A stretch of 53,087 nucleotides of DNA, from contig JBJCIZ010000033.1 of the NCBI GenBank assembly GCA_051294375.1, forward strand, positions 1 through 53,087, in the 5' to 3' direction. Made by a program: the position numbers and the translations under genes. The DNA comes from Paraspadella gotoi. Taxonomy: Eukaryota > Animalia > Chaetognatha. Shown here in pieces: positions 49,942 to 53,087 of this stretch (its first letter is position 1; each line of letters opens with the position of its first letter). The notes under the pieces are model-generated. The model was not told the origin of the DNA. It worked only from the letters and a program-made list of their open reading frames with translations, and made no database searches.

Positions 49942-50568
49942 TACGGCCTGTTTCACAAATTATGAGGCTTTTAAGTGTCTCGTGAGAGCTTGAGTCGGTC
50001 CTCCATTCACGGCGATGATCTCTTCACACGAAATTCCAAATGGGCTTCTTCAAGTAACGATGCGAAGAAATATCACGAGGGGATTTCGAAAAGCTTTTTC
50101 AAAGGTGATTCAAAACCTGGTTAGTCTATCGCGAAAAGTTAAGTGGGATATAATCTTAAAACTGTAACAGTTTAAAGGTTTTTATGATTTTACGAGACTT
50201 TCGGTGGAAAATTTGGGAAGAGGATTTTGGTAGCGCAATCATTTGTTTAGTTCGCTATATGAGGGGGTTTTTTTTCGTGTCTTATTTTTTACCGGGTTAG
50301 CTTCATTTATTTTTCTTACCAGGTTTTCTTCATATTTTTACCAGGTTTTTCTTCTTTTCTTTTTCTCACCAGGTTTTCTTTATTTCTTCATTTATACTAG
50401 GTTTTCTTCTTATCTTTCTTTCTCTATCGTATCAATGTTTCTTTTTCTTTTTTGTCCAGAAGGATTTCTTCATTTACGTTTTATCTACCAGTTTTTATAC
50501 ATTTTTTTTTGCAATCTTCGCTTTTTTTCTTTGTTTATTCTAGCAGGATTCTTTTATTTTATTTTTTC

Positions 50569-50700
50569 TCTACCAGATTTTCTTCTTTCTAATCTTTCTC
50601 TACCAGATTTTCTTCTTTCTAATCTTTCTCTACCAGATTTTCTTCTTTCTAATCTTTCTCTACCAGATTTTCTTCATTTCTTTCTTTTTCTACCAGGTAT
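50569..50700. repeat. 30-bp tandem repeat (TCTACCAGATTTTCTTCTTTCTAATCTTTC), 3-4 copies within a longer degenerate array
   Basis: Visible directly. Confidence 0.9.
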
Positions 50701-52104
50701 TTCTTTTTTTTTCTCTACAAGTTTTTTCCTCATTTTCTCATCATTTTTCAACATTTTTCTCCTTTTTTAGTTTCCTTTCTATTTTTCTCCTCCTTTAAGG
50801 ATCTGACGGGATTAACTGCATTTAAAAGATCGTTGAGAAGGAAAAAGCGAGATGACAACGACGACGACGACGACCATGACGACGACGACTTTGTTATCGA
50901 CGTCTTCCGTCTTTTTCCTCCGTCGGGTGTCGAGCGGGTGCCTCTTAGTCTTATTGCCGGAGAGTAAAGTAGGGTGCGCCGATGAAAATTGAAGACTCTG
51001 TGCCTCTCGCTGCTCGGTCGGTCTCGTGGCTCTGCGTCGGTGCTCTGCGTACGTGGCTCTCTCTGCTCGTCTGGGTCTCGGCCGTTCTCTCTCGTGCGTC
51101 TCGTGCGTCGTCTCTCTGTGTACTGCGTCTCGTATCTGCCGGCAAGCTGAACAGTCCTTGTCATTGGAGCGCATCTCGGCGTCGGATCGTCCTCCGCGCG
51201 CCTCGCTGGTTGTGCCTTAATGGGGCGGAAGTTTCCAAAGAAGGCCTGCCACGCCGCGTCGCCGCGCTGGTTTTGTTAATAGAGAGGGAGGAAAAAAAAG
51301 AGGATGAGAGAGAAGAAAGAGAGAGAGAAAGGAAAAACGGGACGGGCGCTTACGTGAGGAGAATCGGAGGTAAGCTCGCCCCGGAAATGGAGTTAACGGG
51401 GCCAGGAGGGGGGAAGAGGCTGGGAAAAGAGAGAGGGAACTGAGAGAGGGAGAGGAGCGGGAATGAGACGGAGAGAGAGAACGAGAGAGAGAGAGAGAGA
51501 AGGAAGAGAGAGAGAGCGAGAGAGAGATCGAGAGGGAAGGAGAATGAGAGAGAGAGAGGACACTCATTGCCTCTCGAAGATTCTATACTTGTAGATAAAT
51601 ATAACCTCATTGCTAAGCTTGACAACCTTCGTTTCGTTAATTGCTTGCAGGGGAGGAGGCCCCAACAAATGTTGAAGAGAGCAGAGAGACGAGAGAAAGA
51701 AGCAGAGAGCAGAGAAGAAGAAGGGGGAAAAAGTGAGGGCGCGGGGGGTGAGGCGCTGGGCCGCCGGCGTGGCGGAGCGAAGGGAGGAAGGAGAGGGGAG
51801 AGGGTTGTCGGAGAAGAGTGAGGGAGAGAGAGATACGAGGAGAGAGGAGAGAAGGAGGACGAGAGAGAGAGAGGAGAGGAGAGAGAGAGAGAGAGGCGAG
51901 ACGAGAGAAAAAGATAAAGGGAAAGACAGAGACCGAGTGACAGAGAGTGAGAGAGAAAATCAGTGACTCGAAAGCGGGAAACGTTGGAACCACAAACGAG
52001 AGTCTAAAATCTTTGGCAGCGAAAAACCCGTTTGGATGAGGGAGACGAAGACAACGACTTGTGTCCGCTTCTCTTATTTTCTTCCTTTCGCTCCCCTTGT
52101 CTCG

Positions 52105-52500
52105 TTGGTCCTTTGGTTCTTTGGCCCTTTGGCCCTTCGGTCCTTCGAACCTTTGACTCTTTGGCCCTTTGGTTCTTCGGCCCTTTTGGCCCTTTGGTTG
52201 TTAGTCTTTGATTTTTTGGCTCTTTCGTTCCTTGGCTCCCTTGACCTTTGGCACTTTGGCCCTTTAGCTCTTTTGCTCTTTGGCTCTTTGGCCCTTTGGC
52301 TCATCAACCCTTTGGCTCCTAGGTCCTTTGGCTAATTAGCACTTTGCATCATTGATTTTTGGCTCATTGTCATTTGGCTCATTGGGCCTTTAGCTCATTG
52401 AAATTTTGGATTTTTTAGCCCGTTGGCTCTTTGGCCTGTTGTCTTATTTGTTTTTTTGGGGTCATTGGCTCTTCGGCTCTTAGGTGCATTGGCCTATTAG
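52105..52500. repeat. Degenerate 8-bp tandem repeat (CTTTGGCY)n
   Basis: Visible directly. Confidence 0.85.
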
Positions 52501-52771
52501 TGTTTTTGTCTTATTAGCTCTTTTTTTTCACTTTGTTCTTTTTTTGTTACTGTTCTATGTTTTTTCTCCTATTTTCTCAAATCTTTCTTCCTCCACTCTC
52601 TTTTTTATTTTCCTCCCATTTCATCCCATCTTTCTTCCTCCCTTTTCTTCCTCCTTCCTCCCATCTTTCTTCCTGCCTTTTCATTTTCCTTCCTCCCATT
52701 TCCTCCCCATCTTTCTTCCTCCCTTTTCTTTTTCCTTCTTCTAATTTCATCCCATCTTTCTTCCTCCCTTT

Positions 52772-53002
52772 NNNNNNNNNNNNNNNNNNNNNNNNNNNNN
52801 NNNNNNNNNNNNNNNNNNNNNNNNNNNNNNNNNNNNNNNNNNNNNNNNNNNNNNNNNNNNNNNNNNNNNNNNNNNNNNNNNNNNNNNNNNNNNNNNNNNN
52901 NNNNNNNNNNNNNNNNNNNNNNNNNNNNNNNNNNNNNNNNNNNNNNNNNNNNNNNNNNNNNNNNNNNNNNNNNNNNNNNNNNNNNNNNNNNNNNNNNNNN
53001 NN
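52772..53002. other. Assembly gap within a pyrimidine-rich tandem repeat
   Basis: Run of N flanked by TTCCTCCCATTTC-type units. Confidence 1.
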
Positions 53003-53087
53003 TCCTCCCATTTCCTCCCCATCTTTTTTCCTCCCTTTTCTTTCTCCTTCCTCCCATTTCCTCCCCATCTTTTTTCCTCCCTTTTCT

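Overview
AT-rich, microsatellite-laden eukaryotic (invertebrate-like) draft scaffold; almost all ORFs in the supplied track are simple-repeat noise. One convincing gene is present: a 3-exon minus-strand gene (25702-24830) for a ~195-aa secreted precursor with signal peptide, KKR site, coiled-coil-like segment and a C-C-CC-C-C (inhibitor cystine knot-like) module. The rest is nested mobile DNA: Penelope-like fragments with a GIY-YIG C-terminus and hammerhead ribozymes, Helentron/DINE-1-like non-autonomous elements, and a ~6 kb long-TIR element absent from a second copy of the locus. The most unusual signal is three unrelated short insertions, each made of a single LTR-like body followed by an antisense copy of a mature tRNA 3' half (CCA end to anticodon loop; one Trp, two Leu) and then a re-created element end. 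They look like integrated, over-extended plus-strand strong-stop cDNAs. Segments 18150-23741 and 33590-41600 are indel-rich copies of neighbouring sequence next to 25-N gaps and are probably long-read gap-filling artefacts or an alternative haplotype. tRNA and protein motif comparisons were made from memory of consensus sequences, not by database search.
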